Shown here one piece after another: positions 1 to 9,527 of a stretch of DNA of 64,000 nt. Within the stretch, counting starts at the first letter, position 1. The number at the start of each line of letters is the position of its first letter. Source of the DNA: a bacterium (lineage in GTDB: Bacteria; Patescibacteriota; Patescibacteriia; UBA2196). The notes beneath the pieces were generated by a model that searched no databases, was not told the DNA's origin, and saw only the letters and a program-made list of their open reading frames with translations. The stretch is taken from contig DAOOQN010000001.1 of the NCBI GenBank assembly GCA_035388785.1, positions 23,996 to 87,995 of the forward strand, given 5' to 3'. A program made the position numbers and the translations under genes.

Positions 1-322
1 TTCAACCGTAAGGGTGGCATTGTCAATTTCAACTGGCACTGCAAATAATAAATACAAATCCTGATTATCGGCAATACAAAATTCACGCCCATCTTTATCA
101 ACAGCATAAATCATTCCTCGGGCCGGCAAAAGTTTTTGCGTATTTTCATGTTGAGCTATGGCCATCGTTTTATATAGACCATGTTTAAAAACCTGTAAAT
201 AAAAAAGTCGGCTCAAAAAAACAGCCGCTAAAACTAAAAAGAGCACGGCTATGAATTTTATTCTGGCAGTGCTCCCCGTGTGTTCTGCGTTATTTTTAAT
301 CGAACCGCTGAACCGTGTCATG
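1..322 (-). CDS. ftsI: Penicillin-binding protein / FtsI-like transpeptidase, N-terminal part only (gene continues beyond window start)
   Basis: Reverse-complement of 1-322 translates from ATG at 322 as MTRFSGSIKNNAEHTGSTARIKFIAVLFLVLAAVFLSRLFYLQVFKHGLYKTMAIAQHENTQ... A single N-terminal TM anchor followed by a PBP dimerisation-domain-like sequence. It sits immediately downstream of ftsL in the canonical dcw order. Not in the ORF track because it is truncated by the window edge. Confidence 0.55.
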
Positions 323-332
323 ATATTATAAA

Positions 333-704
333 TTATTTAACTAAAGCTACTGCATTACCATCAATTGGTAAATATTCAATTGCCTCCACATTCACCATGT
401 CTAGGTCACTCACCTTTTCTTGCACCTTGGCGAGTGATTTAAATTGTTGCATCTTATTTTCCATCTGTTTATTTTGTTCCATCAAGACTTTTTGCTGATT
501 TTCCAAACGTGATAATTCAAAACCCTTAGCTGAATCATTATTGACCGAAAAAACATACAACCCTGCTAAACCAATCATTGAAATCATTAAAAAAATACGC
601 CCCACATTAAAAAGATTAACTACTCTTTTGGTTTTATTTTTCATGCTTTGCTTTACTTTAATATTCTTTTTTCGCCTGGCACACAAAGAAAAATATTTGG
701 ACAT
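333..704 (-). CDS. ftsL: FtsL/DivIC-like cell division protein
   Basis: 123 aa with a basic N-terminus, one TM helix (IFLMISMIGLAGLYVF), a coiled-coil segment (LENQQKVLMEQNKQMENKMQQ) and a short C-tail. Position between rsmH and the ftsI-like gene matches dcw cluster order. Confidence 0.55.
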   Translation of the reverse strand: MSKYFSLCARRKKNIKVKQSMKNKTKRVVNLFNVGRIFLMISMIGLAGLYVFSVNNDSAKGFELSRLENQQKVLMEQNKQMENKMQQFKSLAKVQEKVSDLDMVNVEAIEYLPIDGNAVALVK

Positions 705-735
705 AATTTTTTATTTTTATTTTTAAATATTATAA

Positions 736-1620
736 TTATATTTTTTCCACCACCCGTAATTTTGCACTACGACTCCGTGGATTAACAATCACCTCTTCTG
801 TTGTGGCTGCAATTGGCTTTTTGGTCAAAATTTTTAAATTTGGATTTTCTTTTCTTGCATTAGTTTGAAAAAAAACCTTCACTATTCTATCTTCCGCGCC
901 CTGAAAAGCTATAACTGCTAATCTGCCACCAGGTGCCAACAAATCAATGGCTTGCGGTAAAAAATTGGTCAAAACTTCCAGTTCTTGATTAACCGCTACG
1001 CGCAAAGCTTGAAACACTAACGTGGCTGGATGAATCTTTTTTTGTCCGGGGGAGGGTTGAATTTGTTTCACCGCTTCTACTAAATCAAAAGTTGTTTTAA
1101 AGGGCTTTTGCTTTCTAGTTTTTCTAACCTGGGCGGCCAGTTGACCCGCAAAACGATATTCGCCATAATTTTCAAAAATAAACTTTAATTCGTCCTGACT
1201 ATAGGAATTAAGAATATTAGCCGCGTTAACATCTAATCCCATATCAAATCGCATATCCAACGGTTCATCTTTTTGAAAAGTAAAACCACGACCTGAATTT
1301 TCTAGCTGATCTGAAGATAACCCCAAATCAGCCAAAATTCCATCCACCTGTAAAAAACCATATTTTTCAGCTACCTGCTTTAAATTCTCAAAATTAGCAT
1401 TAGCTATAATTAAATTCTTACTAGAAAATAACTTTATACCTTTTTCAACCGCTCCACAGTCAGCATCCAGGGCTAATATTTGTCCACTCGTCCCCACCCG
1501 TTGTAAAAATTCTTGTGTATGTCCACCGCCACCAAAAGTGGCATCAATAAATTTTTGCCCCGCTTGTGGATTTAGGTATTCCAAAACTTCTTTAACTAAA
1601 ACTGGAGTATGAACCGACAT
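736..1620 (-). CDS. rsmH: 16S rRNA (cytosine1402-N4)-methyltransferase RsmH (MraW)
   Basis: 294 aa. N-terminus MSVHTPVLVKEVLEYL...FIDATFGGGGH is diagnostic of the RsmH family. Follows mraZ. Confidence 0.9.
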   Translation of the reverse strand: MSVHTPVLVKEVLEYLNPQAGQKFIDATFGGGGHTQEFLQRVGTSGQILALDADCGAVEKGIKLFSSKNLIIANANFENLKQVAEKYGFLQVDGILADLGLSSDQLENSGRGFTFQKDEPLDMRFDMGLDVNAANILNSYSQDELKFIFENYGEYRFAGQLAAQVRKTRKQKPFKTTFDLVEAVKQIQPSPGQKKIHPATLVFQALRVAVNQELEVLTNFLPQAIDLLAPGGRLAVIAFQGAEDRIVKVFFQTNARKENPNLKILTKKPIAATTEEVIVNPRSRSAKLRVVEKI

Positions 1621-1650
1621 GGTGCCTTGCTTTTTTAAAATTAAAATTGT

Positions 1651-2082
1651 TTAAATCCCCATTTCTCCCATCGTCTCGGCTAATTTATCAGCCTGTTTTT
1701 CAATCTGTGCCTTATAGGTCTGCCATTTGCCTTCATCCCAAATTTCTAAACGACTATTTAGTCCAGCGACTACTACTTTTTTATCAATGCCCGCATATTT
1801 TTTTAAATAATCTGGAATTAAAATCCTACCCAAGTTATCCGGCTTAACATCCATAGCGCCAGCTAACATAATACGTGAAAAACCCCTGGCTTCGGCTTTA
1901 CCAATTGGTAATTCTGCCAATTTATCCACCAATTTTTGCCACTCTTTGGTTGTTAATAAAAATAAACAATTATCAAACCCCCTAGTCACGTATGCACCCT
2001 GCTTTAAACTCAGCCGAAATTTGGCGGGTATGGCTAAACGATTTTTATCGTCAAGATTATGTTGATACTCGCCAATAAACAT
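1651..2082 (-). CDS. mraZ: Transcriptional regulator MraZ
   Basis: ORF track gives 1651-2172, but the conserved MraZ N-terminus MFIGEYQHNLDDKNRLAIPAKFR starts at the internal Met (codon 31), giving about 143 aa. First gene of the dcw cluster. Confidence 0.85.
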   Translation of the reverse strand: MFIGEYQHNLDDKNRLAIPAKFRLSLKQGAYVTRGFDNCLFLLTTKEWQKLVDKLAELPIGKAEARGFSRIMLAGAMDVKPDNLGRILIPDYLKKYAGIDKKVVVAGLNSRLEIWDEGKWQTYKAQIEKQADKLAETMGEMGI

Positions 2083-2182
2083 AATTGGGAATTTAATAGT
2101 TATCCACTTTATACCACTTTGCACCACTCTACTACTATTATATACCAATTTTACCCAGCTAACAACCACCACTTATCCACCA

Positions 2183-2219
2183 AAAATATAAAAAACGGCT
2201 TGAAAAAATTTCAAGCCGC
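2183..2219 (-). terminator. Rho-independent terminator downstream of the PAP2 gene
   Basis: Perfect 10-bp inverted repeat cggcttgaaa/tttcaagccg (2196-2218). On the minus strand it is followed by TTTTTTATATTTTT. Confidence 0.6.
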
Positions 2220-2260
2220 TACGTGCCTATTATTAGTGTATATTATAATTTTATAAAAAA

Positions 2261-2812
2261 TTATTTTTTCTTTAAAATAAACCCAACGATCATGGCGGTT
2301 AAAATTCCCACTACTGCTCCACCTAAAACATCCAAAGGATAATGTACACCGGTATAAATTCTACCCAAACCTACCAAAATTGCCAAAACAAACAAAAAAC
2401 CACCCAGAGCTTTATTATAAAAAAATATCACCGCAGCTACAGCAAAAGAAGCTGCTGCATGATCAGAGGGAAAAGACTTCTCCGACATTGGATTGACCAT
2501 CTGCTTTACACCTTCGCGTAAAAAGGGTCGTTCACGAAAATGAATTAAAGCTATTAAGTTATTTATTAAATAAACACCCACCGCGGTTAAACCCAAATGC
2601 CCCACAGCCAACCATTTTTTTTTGCCTTCTACAGGCCAAGCAAAAGTTGGTTTCGATTTATGCAAACTAATCCACCAGCCCAGTGCCGCGCCAAAAATTA
2701 CAAAAATTAAATATTTAGCACAAATAATAGCCACCAAATCAAGCCAGTGATATTTTCCAGCTAAAGAATTTATAGCTGTAAAAAATTGATAATCAAAATT
2801 TAAAAACCACAT
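2261..2812 (-). CDS. PAP2-family phosphatase (undecaprenyl-diphosphate phosphatase-like)
   Basis: 183 aa polytopic membrane protein carrying the three PAP2 motifs: K..RP (HFRERPF), PSGH-like (PSDH) and SR..H..D-like (GRIYTGVHYPLD). Confidence 0.75.
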   Translation of the reverse strand: MWFLNFDYQFFTAINSLAGKYHWLDLVAIICAKYLIFVIFGAALGWWISLHKSKPTFAWPVEGKKKWLAVGHLGLTAVGVYLINNLIALIHFRERPFLREGVKQMVNPMSEKSFPSDHAAASFAVAAVIFFYNKALGGFLFVLAILVGLGRIYTGVHYPLDVLGGAVVGILTAMIVGFILKKK

Positions 2813-2830
2813 AATTTAAATAATAAAAAA

Positions 2831-3691
2831 CTATTTTTGACACTGAGCGCAAAAAACTGTCGCTCGCTGAGCCTGTTTCATAACTCTTAAAGCTGCACCA
2901 CATTTTAGACACGGCTGACCGGCACGACCGTAAACTTTTAAAAAATTGGACATCTTTCCCTGCTCGCCCAATGCATCCACATAATCAACCACCGAAGTGC
3001 CTTTTTTGGCAATGGCCAATTTTAAAATTTTCTTTAAACACACTAATAATTTTTTTGTTTCACTGACATTTAAAGAATTAGCGGGTCGCTGTGGCCCAAT
3101 ACCAGCGCAAAAACAGGCTTCCGTAGCATAAATATTACCTATTCCAGCTACAAAACTTTGCTCCATCAAAAGTGGTTTAATGGCTGTTTTTTTCTTAGCC
3201 AATAATGCTCCAAATTTATCCACCGTCAAACTTTCATCCAATAGTTCGGGGCCTATTTTTTGCAACATCTGCTCTAGTTCTTTTTTATTGACTAATTTAA
3301 CCCAACCAAACTGGCGTGTATCATTAAAAAATAACTTAGCACCATTTTCAAAAGTAAATATGACATGCGAATATTTATTCGGCAATGTTTTTAAATCTTG
3401 CTTAATAGGATGTCCGCCACCAACCAAGGAACCTTTTTTTGAGCGATAAGTTAATTGGCCAGTCATTTTAAGGTGAAAAACTAAAAAATATCCATTACTT
3501 AATTCTAATAGCAAATTTTTTGCTCTTCGTTTAATTTGTTTAATTTTAACACCAACTGCATTTTTTAAAAAATATTTCAACGGATTCTTTATCTGTTTAG
3601 ACAAATTAACCTCTACTTTGTCAATCTTATTATTAACAATCAATCGACGTAGCCCCAATTTTATTGTTTCAACTTCTGGCAGTTCTGGCAT
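2831..3691 (-). CDS. mutM: Formamidopyrimidine-DNA glycosylase (Fpg/MutM)
   Basis: N-terminal MPELPEVETI catalytic Pro2/Glu3 signature and C-terminal zinc finger CLKCG...CAQCQ. Confidence 0.85.
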   Translation of the reverse strand: MPELPEVETIKLGLRRLIVNNKIDKVEVNLSKQIKNPLKYFLKNAVGVKIKQIKRRAKNLLLELSNGYFLVFHLKMTGQLTYRSKKGSLVGGGHPIKQDLKTLPNKYSHVIFTFENGAKLFFNDTRQFGWVKLVNKKELEQMLQKIGPELLDESLTVDKFGALLAKKKTAIKPLLMEQSFVAGIGNIYATEACFCAGIGPQRPANSLNVSETKKLLVCLKKILKLAIAKKGTSVVDYVDALGEQGKMSNFLKVYGRAGQPCLKCGAALRVMKQAQRATVFCAQCQK

Positions 3692-3703
3692 AAAAAAATA
3701 ATT

Positions 3704-5302
3704 TTAAATTAAACTCCTACCCGTCATCTCTTTGGGCTGTTCAATTTGCATAATTTTTAAAATGGTTGGTGCAATATCTGCTAAAACTCCTGAAGGTGTT
3801 AGTAATGTCAAATCGACTGTTTCTTCACCAGTATAGTGACTTTTAAACGCCTGTCCAATGATTAAAAACGGCACCGGTGCTGTGGAGTGTTCTTTATCAA
3901 TCTCGCCGGTTTTATCATTCACCAGACACTCAGCGTTTCCATGATCAGCTGTTATGAGTGTCACACCACCATTATTTAAAACCGCATCCACAATTTCACC
4001 CACATACTTATCAACTTTTTCTATGGCTTTAATAGTAGCTTTCTGATCACCAGTATGGCTGACCATATCCGAATTAGCAAAATTAACAACTATAAAATCA
4101 AATTTATTATTGCTAATTTCTTTAACTAAAGTATTTTTTATTTCGCCAGCCGACATTTCTGGTTTTTCTGCATAACTTTCTACTCGTGGCGATGGAATCA
4201 AAACCCTTTCCTCGCCTGGTAAGGTCTCTTCCAAACCACCGTTAAAAAAATAAGTTACGTGGGCATATTTTTCAGTTTCGGCTATATGTAGTTGTTTCAA
4301 ACCCTGCTCGCTTAAAACTTTTGCCAACGGCATAATAATATGTTCTGGTGGAAAAGCAACATCCACCGGCAACTGTTTTTCATATTGGGTCATGGTCACA
4401 AAATATAAATTAGCCAAATATTCAGGTCTCTCAAACTTTTCAAAACCCGGTAATACAAAAGCACGTGTTAATTCTCTAGCTCTATCAGCGCGAAAATTAA
4501 GAAATATTACCGCATCTTTATCTTTAATTGTAGTTAAAGGTTGACCCGTCACATCCAAACACACAATTGGTTTTAATTCTTCATCATAAATTTCACCTGT
4601 ATATGATTTTTGGATCATTATCAAAACATCTATTCCTCTAGATTCGGCTATGCCATACGTCATTGCCTGATAAGCTGGGCTTATACGTTCCCAATGATTA
4701 TCACGATCCATGGCCCAAAAACGACCACAGACGGTAGCAATTTTTCCCACGCCAATTTCTTGCATTTTTTTTTCCACCTGACGTAATAGTTCCAAACCAG
4801 AATTATAACCCATATCGCGTCCATCCAAAATAGCGTGCACAAAAACATCTTTTAACTGTTGCTGTTTGGCAAGTTCCAATAATGCATAGAGGTGATCGAC
4901 TGAAGCATGTACACCACCAGTCGAGATTAATCCAATTATATGTAATGAAGTTTTATTTTTTTTAGCATTCAAGCAAGCCTTAATCAAAATTGAATTCTTG
5001 AAAAATTCGCCGTTCAAAATAGCACGGTTAATACGGGGTAGTTCCTGAAATATAATTTTACCAGCACCAATATTTAAATGTCCAACCTCAGAATTACCCA
5101 TTTCACCAAACGGTAACCCTACCGCCTCACCAGATGCCTGCAATGTCGTACTAAAATACTGCTGTACATACTTATTAAAATTTGGTGTTTTGGCCTGGGC
5201 AATGGCATTACTGATTAAAGCTGGTGCCACCCCCCAGCCATCCAAAATTACAAGTACCACCGGTTTGAGCCTGCTTTCTTCTATATTATTATCTTCATTC
5301 AT
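3704..5302 (-). CDS. gpmI: 2,3-bisphosphoglycerate-independent phosphoglycerate mutase, paralog 1
   Basis: 532 aa with iPGM motifs: VLVILDGWG, NSEVGHLNIGAGKII (catalytic Ser), DGRD, TADHGN. Confidence 0.85.
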   Translation of the reverse strand: MNEDNNIEESRLKPVVLVILDGWGVAPALISNAIAQAKTPNFNKYVQQYFSTTLQASGEAVGLPFGEMGNSEVGHLNIGAGKIIFQELPRINRAILNGEFFKNSILIKACLNAKKNKTSLHIIGLISTGGVHASVDHLYALLELAKQQQLKDVFVHAILDGRDMGYNSGLELLRQVEKKMQEIGVGKIATVCGRFWAMDRDNHWERISPAYQAMTYGIAESRGIDVLIMIQKSYTGEIYDEELKPIVCLDVTGQPLTTIKDKDAVIFLNFRADRARELTRAFVLPGFEKFERPEYLANLYFVTMTQYEKQLPVDVAFPPEHIIMPLAKVLSEQGLKQLHIAETEKYAHVTYFFNGGLEETLPGEERVLIPSPRVESYAEKPEMSAGEIKNTLVKEISNNKFDFIVVNFANSDMVSHTGDQKATIKAIEKVDKYVGEIVDAVLNNGGVTLITADHGNAECLVNDKTGEIDKEHSTAPVPFLIIGQAFKSHYTGEETVDLTLLTPSGVLADIAPTILKIMQIEQPKEMTGRSLI

Positions 5303-5311
5303 AAATTAAAA

Positions 5312-6931
5312 TTAGCTAACTATAAGTGATGTTTCAGTCATCTCTATTGGTTTTGTTTTACCTAATAAATCTAAAATTGTTGGTGAAACATTAGCCAAAA
5401 GACCCTTATCTTTTAATTGATATTTTTTTATATTTTTTGTTCTTTTGTCAACAATGATAAATGGTACTGGAAAAGAAGAATGCTGGGTATCTATCTTACC
5501 TGTTTTTTCATCAATCATTTCTTCTATATTACCATGATCTGCTGTCACTAATAAAATACCTCTTTTTTCTGTCAGAACTTTTAAAATTTTTCCCACACAA
5601 GTATCGACTACTTCGCAAGCCTTGATACCGGCAGCTAAATTACCCGTATGTGCCACCATGTCTGGGTTGGCAAAATTAACTAAAATAAAATCATATTTAT
5701 TTTCTTTTATATCACCTACTACCCTTTCAGTAATTTTTAAAGCTGACATTTCTGGCTGTAAATCATATGAAGAAACATCCAACGATGGAACCATTACTCT
5801 GTCCTCGCCATTTACCGGATCAGCATAACCACCATTAAAAAAATATGTTACGTGGGCGTACTTTTCATTTTCAGCAATATACAATTGTCGCATATCTGTT
5901 AAAACCATAGGTAAAGTATTCTTTAGGTTTTGTGATGGAAAAGCGGTTAAAATATTATCCAAATCAGGCCCAAAATCAGTCATGGAAACAAATAGTAAAT
6001 CTTTCAAAACTCGACTACGCACAAAAGATCCTGGATTCTTTTTATTAAAATCTGCTTGTAAAAAAGTTTTTGTTAATTCTCTAGCACGATCAGATCTTTG
6101 ATTAAAAAACACCACAGCATCACCGTTCTTAACTTCTGTAACCGATTTACCACTCACACACACACCCTTATTGTCGCATTTACCATCCACAACTATCACT
6201 GTGGGTACAATAAATTCATCACTCTCACCACGATCATAAGCTTGCTTGATAGCTTCCTCAGCTGTCTTGGCATAATATACAGCCTTACCGGCGACCACGG
6301 CTTGATATGCCTTTTCTATGCGATCCCATTGTTTTTTTCTATCCATGGCATAATAACGGCCACAAATCGTAGCAATTTTTTCACCACCCTGCATTTCTTT
6401 TCTGATCTTTTTTAAAAAATCCAACGCACCAAAACGATAAGAATCACGTCCATCAGTAAAAAGATGTAAAAAAATTTCTTTGACACCTTCCTGACGATAA
6501 AATGTCAACAATGCCAAAAGATGTTCGGGATCCGCGTGTGCTGATTGCCAACCCGTCAAAAGACCCATTAAATGCAAACGACCATTTGTTCTTTTTAAAT
6601 GTTTAAGGCTGGCTTTAAGAGCTGGATTTTTAAAAAAAAGTCCATTTTTAATGGCTTTAGAAACCATTAAAGTATCCTGATCCACTATTCTGCCTGCGCC
6701 CAAATTAAAATGGCCAGCTTCTGAGTTGCCATCCTGTGTAGCTGGCAAACCCACACATCTACCAGAGGCACATAATTGCGTATGTGGATAATTTTTCCAA
6801 AGTGTATTAAAAACTGGGACATTCGCCTCAGTAATTGCATTCCCATTATAAGCTTTATTAATTCCCCAGCCATCCAAAATTACCATTACCAAAGGATTGT
6901 TGTTTGGTTGTTTTATTCTTTTTTGTGACAT
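5312..6931 (-). CDS. gpmI: 2,3-bisphosphoglycerate-independent phosphoglycerate mutase, paralog 2
   Basis: 539 aa with the same iPGM motifs: VMVILDGWG, NSEAGHFNLGAGRIV, DGRD, TADHGN. It lies 10 bp from paralog 1. Confidence 0.8.
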   Translation of the reverse strand: MSQKRIKQPNNNPLVMVILDGWGINKAYNGNAITEANVPVFNTLWKNYPHTQLCASGRCVGLPATQDGNSEAGHFNLGAGRIVDQDTLMVSKAIKNGLFFKNPALKASLKHLKRTNGRLHLMGLLTGWQSAHADPEHLLALLTFYRQEGVKEIFLHLFTDGRDSYRFGALDFLKKIRKEMQGGEKIATICGRYYAMDRKKQWDRIEKAYQAVVAGKAVYYAKTAEEAIKQAYDRGESDEFIVPTVIVVDGKCDNKGVCVSGKSVTEVKNGDAVVFFNQRSDRARELTKTFLQADFNKKNPGSFVRSRVLKDLLFVSMTDFGPDLDNILTAFPSQNLKNTLPMVLTDMRQLYIAENEKYAHVTYFFNGGYADPVNGEDRVMVPSLDVSSYDLQPEMSALKITERVVGDIKENKYDFILVNFANPDMVAHTGNLAAGIKACEVVDTCVGKILKVLTEKRGILLVTADHGNIEEMIDEKTGKIDTQHSSFPVPFIIVDKRTKNIKKYQLKDKGLLANVSPTILDLLGKTKPIEMTETSLIVS

Positions 6932-6936
6932 ATTTT

Positions 6937-8220
6937 CTATTTATTTTCTATCTCCATCAAGCGATTATATTTTACTACTCTTTCTCCACGGGCCAGTGAA
7001 CCAAATTTAACAAAATCGGAATTTAAAGCCACAGCTAAGTCAGCAATAAAATCATCTGTTGTTTCACCTGAACGATGCGAAGTAATAATTGAATAACCAG
7101 CCGCTTGAGCTATTTTAGCAAATTCAAGACTTTCTGACAAAGTTCCAATTTGATTAGGTTTTAATATAACCGCATTACCCACATCACGCTTAATGCCGGC
7201 TCTTAATCTTTCTGAATTGGTTGTAAAAAGATCATCCCCCACCAAAAACATTTTTTGTTTAGAAGCTAAGGGTTTAAAACGTTTAAATTCCTTTGTTAGT
7301 TCTTCCCAACCCTCCCAATCATTTTCCGCTAGTCCATCTTCAATAGAAAAAATCGGATATTTGTGCGCCCAATCACGATATAAAGAGATTAATTGGTCAG
7401 CAATAAAATAATGATCATCAAGATCAAAAACATATAATCTTTTTTGCGGATCATAAAGTTCCGAAGCACCCACATCCAAGGCCAGACCAACCTGATTACC
7501 AGCATGATAGCCAGCTTTGTTAATGGCTTCCATAATCATATCAAACGCCTGCATGGTGGAATCCAAATTGGGTGCATAACCCCCTTCATTACCCACATCA
7601 GTATCAAAATAATTGCTGTGTAATACTTCACCTAAAGCATGAAAAATTTCAGCACCAGCCCGCACCTGTTCAGCCAAACCCTTTATCCCAAATGGTACAA
7701 TCATAAATTCCTGTAAATTCAAATTTGTATCCGCATGTTTACCGCCGTTAAAAATATTAAACATTGGTATGGGCAACTGACGACTAGCGCTTGGTAGTTG
7801 ATAAATTTTTCTTAAATAAGCATAAAGTTCTAAATTCTCCGCCAAAGCCCCAGCTCTGGCACATGCCAAAGAAACCGACAAAATAGCATTGGCTCCTAAA
7901 TGCGATTTATCACTAGTGCCGTCCAGCTTAAGCATAGCACGATCAATCTCTATTTGTTTTAAAATTTCCAAACCAAAAACTTTTTTGGCTATATTTTTAT
8001 TCACATTTTCAATCGCTTTTAAAACACCCAAACCGCCATATCTTTTTTTATCCCTATCGCGCAGTTCTACAGCTTCATGCTCACCGATTGATGCACCGGC
8101 TGGCACACTGGCTTTGGCTTTCAAACCACAGTCCAAAGTTACCTCTGTTTCTAAAGTTGGATTACCACGTGAATCAAGAATTTCACGCGCATAAAGTTTG
8201 GCAATGGTATTTTTTTTCAT
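6937..8220 (-). CDS. eno: Enolase
   Basis: 427 aa; N-terminus IAKLYAREILDSRGNPTLETEV is the canonical enolase start. Confidence 0.92.
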   Translation of the reverse strand: MKKNTIAKLYAREILDSRGNPTLETEVTLDCGLKAKASVPAGASIGEHEAVELRDRDKKRYGGLGVLKAIENVNKNIAKKVFGLEILKQIEIDRAMLKLDGTSDKSHLGANAILSVSLACARAGALAENLELYAYLRKIYQLPSASRQLPIPMFNIFNGGKHADTNLNLQEFMIVPFGIKGLAEQVRAGAEIFHALGEVLHSNYFDTDVGNEGGYAPNLDSTMQAFDMIMEAINKAGYHAGNQVGLALDVGASELYDPQKRLYVFDLDDHYFIADQLISLYRDWAHKYPIFSIEDGLAENDWEGWEELTKEFKRFKPLASKQKMFLVGDDLFTTNSERLRAGIKRDVGNAVILKPNQIGTLSESLEFAKIAQAAGYSIITSHRSGETTDDFIADLAVALNSDFVKFGSLARGERVVKYNRLMEIENK

Positions 8221-8235
8221 ATATTTTTTAATTTA

Positions 8236-9501
8236 TTATTTTTGTAATCCAGGTAATTTTTTACCACCCAAAAATTCTAACATCGCCCCGCCACCAGTGG
8301 AAACAAAAATTCGTTTGGGCAATTCTTTATTTTTCAACACACTTTTCAAAGCTTCTTCTGTTTCTCCACCACCTATAATCGCGCGTGCGCGGGCTTTAAT
8401 AATTAGCTCAGCCACACAAAATGTTCCCACAGCAAACTCAGATTCTTCAAACTTCCCCATGGGTCCATTCCACACAACGCAGCGAGCGCCTTTGATTATG
8501 CGCCCATACAATTCCAAGGTTTGTGGTCCAATATCTAAAATTTTATCATTTAGATTAACTTGACTGGCTGCTTTTATTTCTTTTTCTTCTGTTTTTAAAT
8601 TTTTGACCGCCACATCAATAGGTAAAATTATTTTGTGACGTAAATTTTTTATTGTTGCTAAGTCCAGTTTGTCACTTATAAAACCATTGCTGACAGAAAA
8701 CTGTTTATCTTTTATTATAAAATTAAGCGCCCCGCTTTTTGATTTTTGCCACAACTTTTTAGCCGCTGCTAAATATTCTCGATCAATTAAAGACTGACCA
8801 ACTTCATAATTCAAAATTTTAAAAAAATTATTAACAATCGCCCCACCCACCAACAGATAATCAGCCTTAGCTAAAAATTTATCCAAAACCGGCAACTTAG
8901 TTTCAATTTTTGCCCCACCAATAATGACCACCAGAGGTCTGAGTGGTCGATTCAAAACTTCTGACAATTTTTCCACTTCTTTGGTTAAGTTAAAACCGGC
9001 ATAACTGGGTAAATAATTTTTTATAGCATCCACCGACGCACATGCACGATGCGAGACAGCAAACGCTTCATTTACGTAAACATCGGCCCAACTGGCTAGT
9101 TGCCTAGCAAATTTTTTATCATTTTTTTCCTCACCCAACCAAAAACGTAAATTTTCTAACATTATAATTTTATCTTTTTTGTCTCGTTTTAAATTAATAG
9201 AAGAACTAATTTCGCCAAATTTAATCAATTCAATTTTCGTCTTCAATAGTTTTTCTAAATGCTCCTGCACTGGCTTTAAACTCAACTCCCCAACCACCTT
9301 TCCATTTGGCCGACCCAAATGTCCCATTAAAATTATTTGGCATTTCTTTTTTAATAAAAATTTAATTGTTAAAAGACTCGCTTTTAGTCGACTGTCATCT
9401 TCAATTCGTCCCGCACTCAACGGCACATCAAAATCACAACGCACCAAGACTCTTTTATCTTTTAGGTTTTCAGCCAATTTGATTGATGCTAAATACGGCA
9501 T
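8236..9501 (-). CDS. pgk: Phosphoglycerate kinase
   Basis: 421 aa; the N-terminal motif RVLVRCDFDVPL and the overall length fit Pgk. Confidence 0.88.
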   Translation of the reverse strand: MPYLASIKLAENLKDKRVLVRCDFDVPLSAGRIEDDSRLKASLLTIKFLLKKKCQIILMGHLGRPNGKVVGELSLKPVQEHLEKLLKTKIELIKFGEISSSINLKRDKKDKIIMLENLRFWLGEEKNDKKFARQLASWADVYVNEAFAVSHRACASVDAIKNYLPSYAGFNLTKEVEKLSEVLNRPLRPLVVIIGGAKIETKLPVLDKFLAKADYLLVGGAIVNNFFKILNYEVGQSLIDREYLAAAKKLWQKSKSGALNFIIKDKQFSVSNGFISDKLDLATIKNLRHKIILPIDVAVKNLKTEEKEIKAASQVNLNDKILDIGPQTLELYGRIIKGARCVVWNGPMGKFEESEFAVGTFCVAELIIKARARAIIGGGETEEALKSVLKNKELPKRIFVSTGGGAMLEFLGGKKLPGLQK

Positions 9502-9527
9502 ATTTTTTAATATTTTGAATTTAAAAT

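Noticed and set aside
280-726. Plus-strand ORFs 280-498 and 541-726
   Set aside because: Antisense to the ftsL-like gene in the conserved dcw cluster; hydrophobic and low-complexity translations typical of AT-rich antisense frames.
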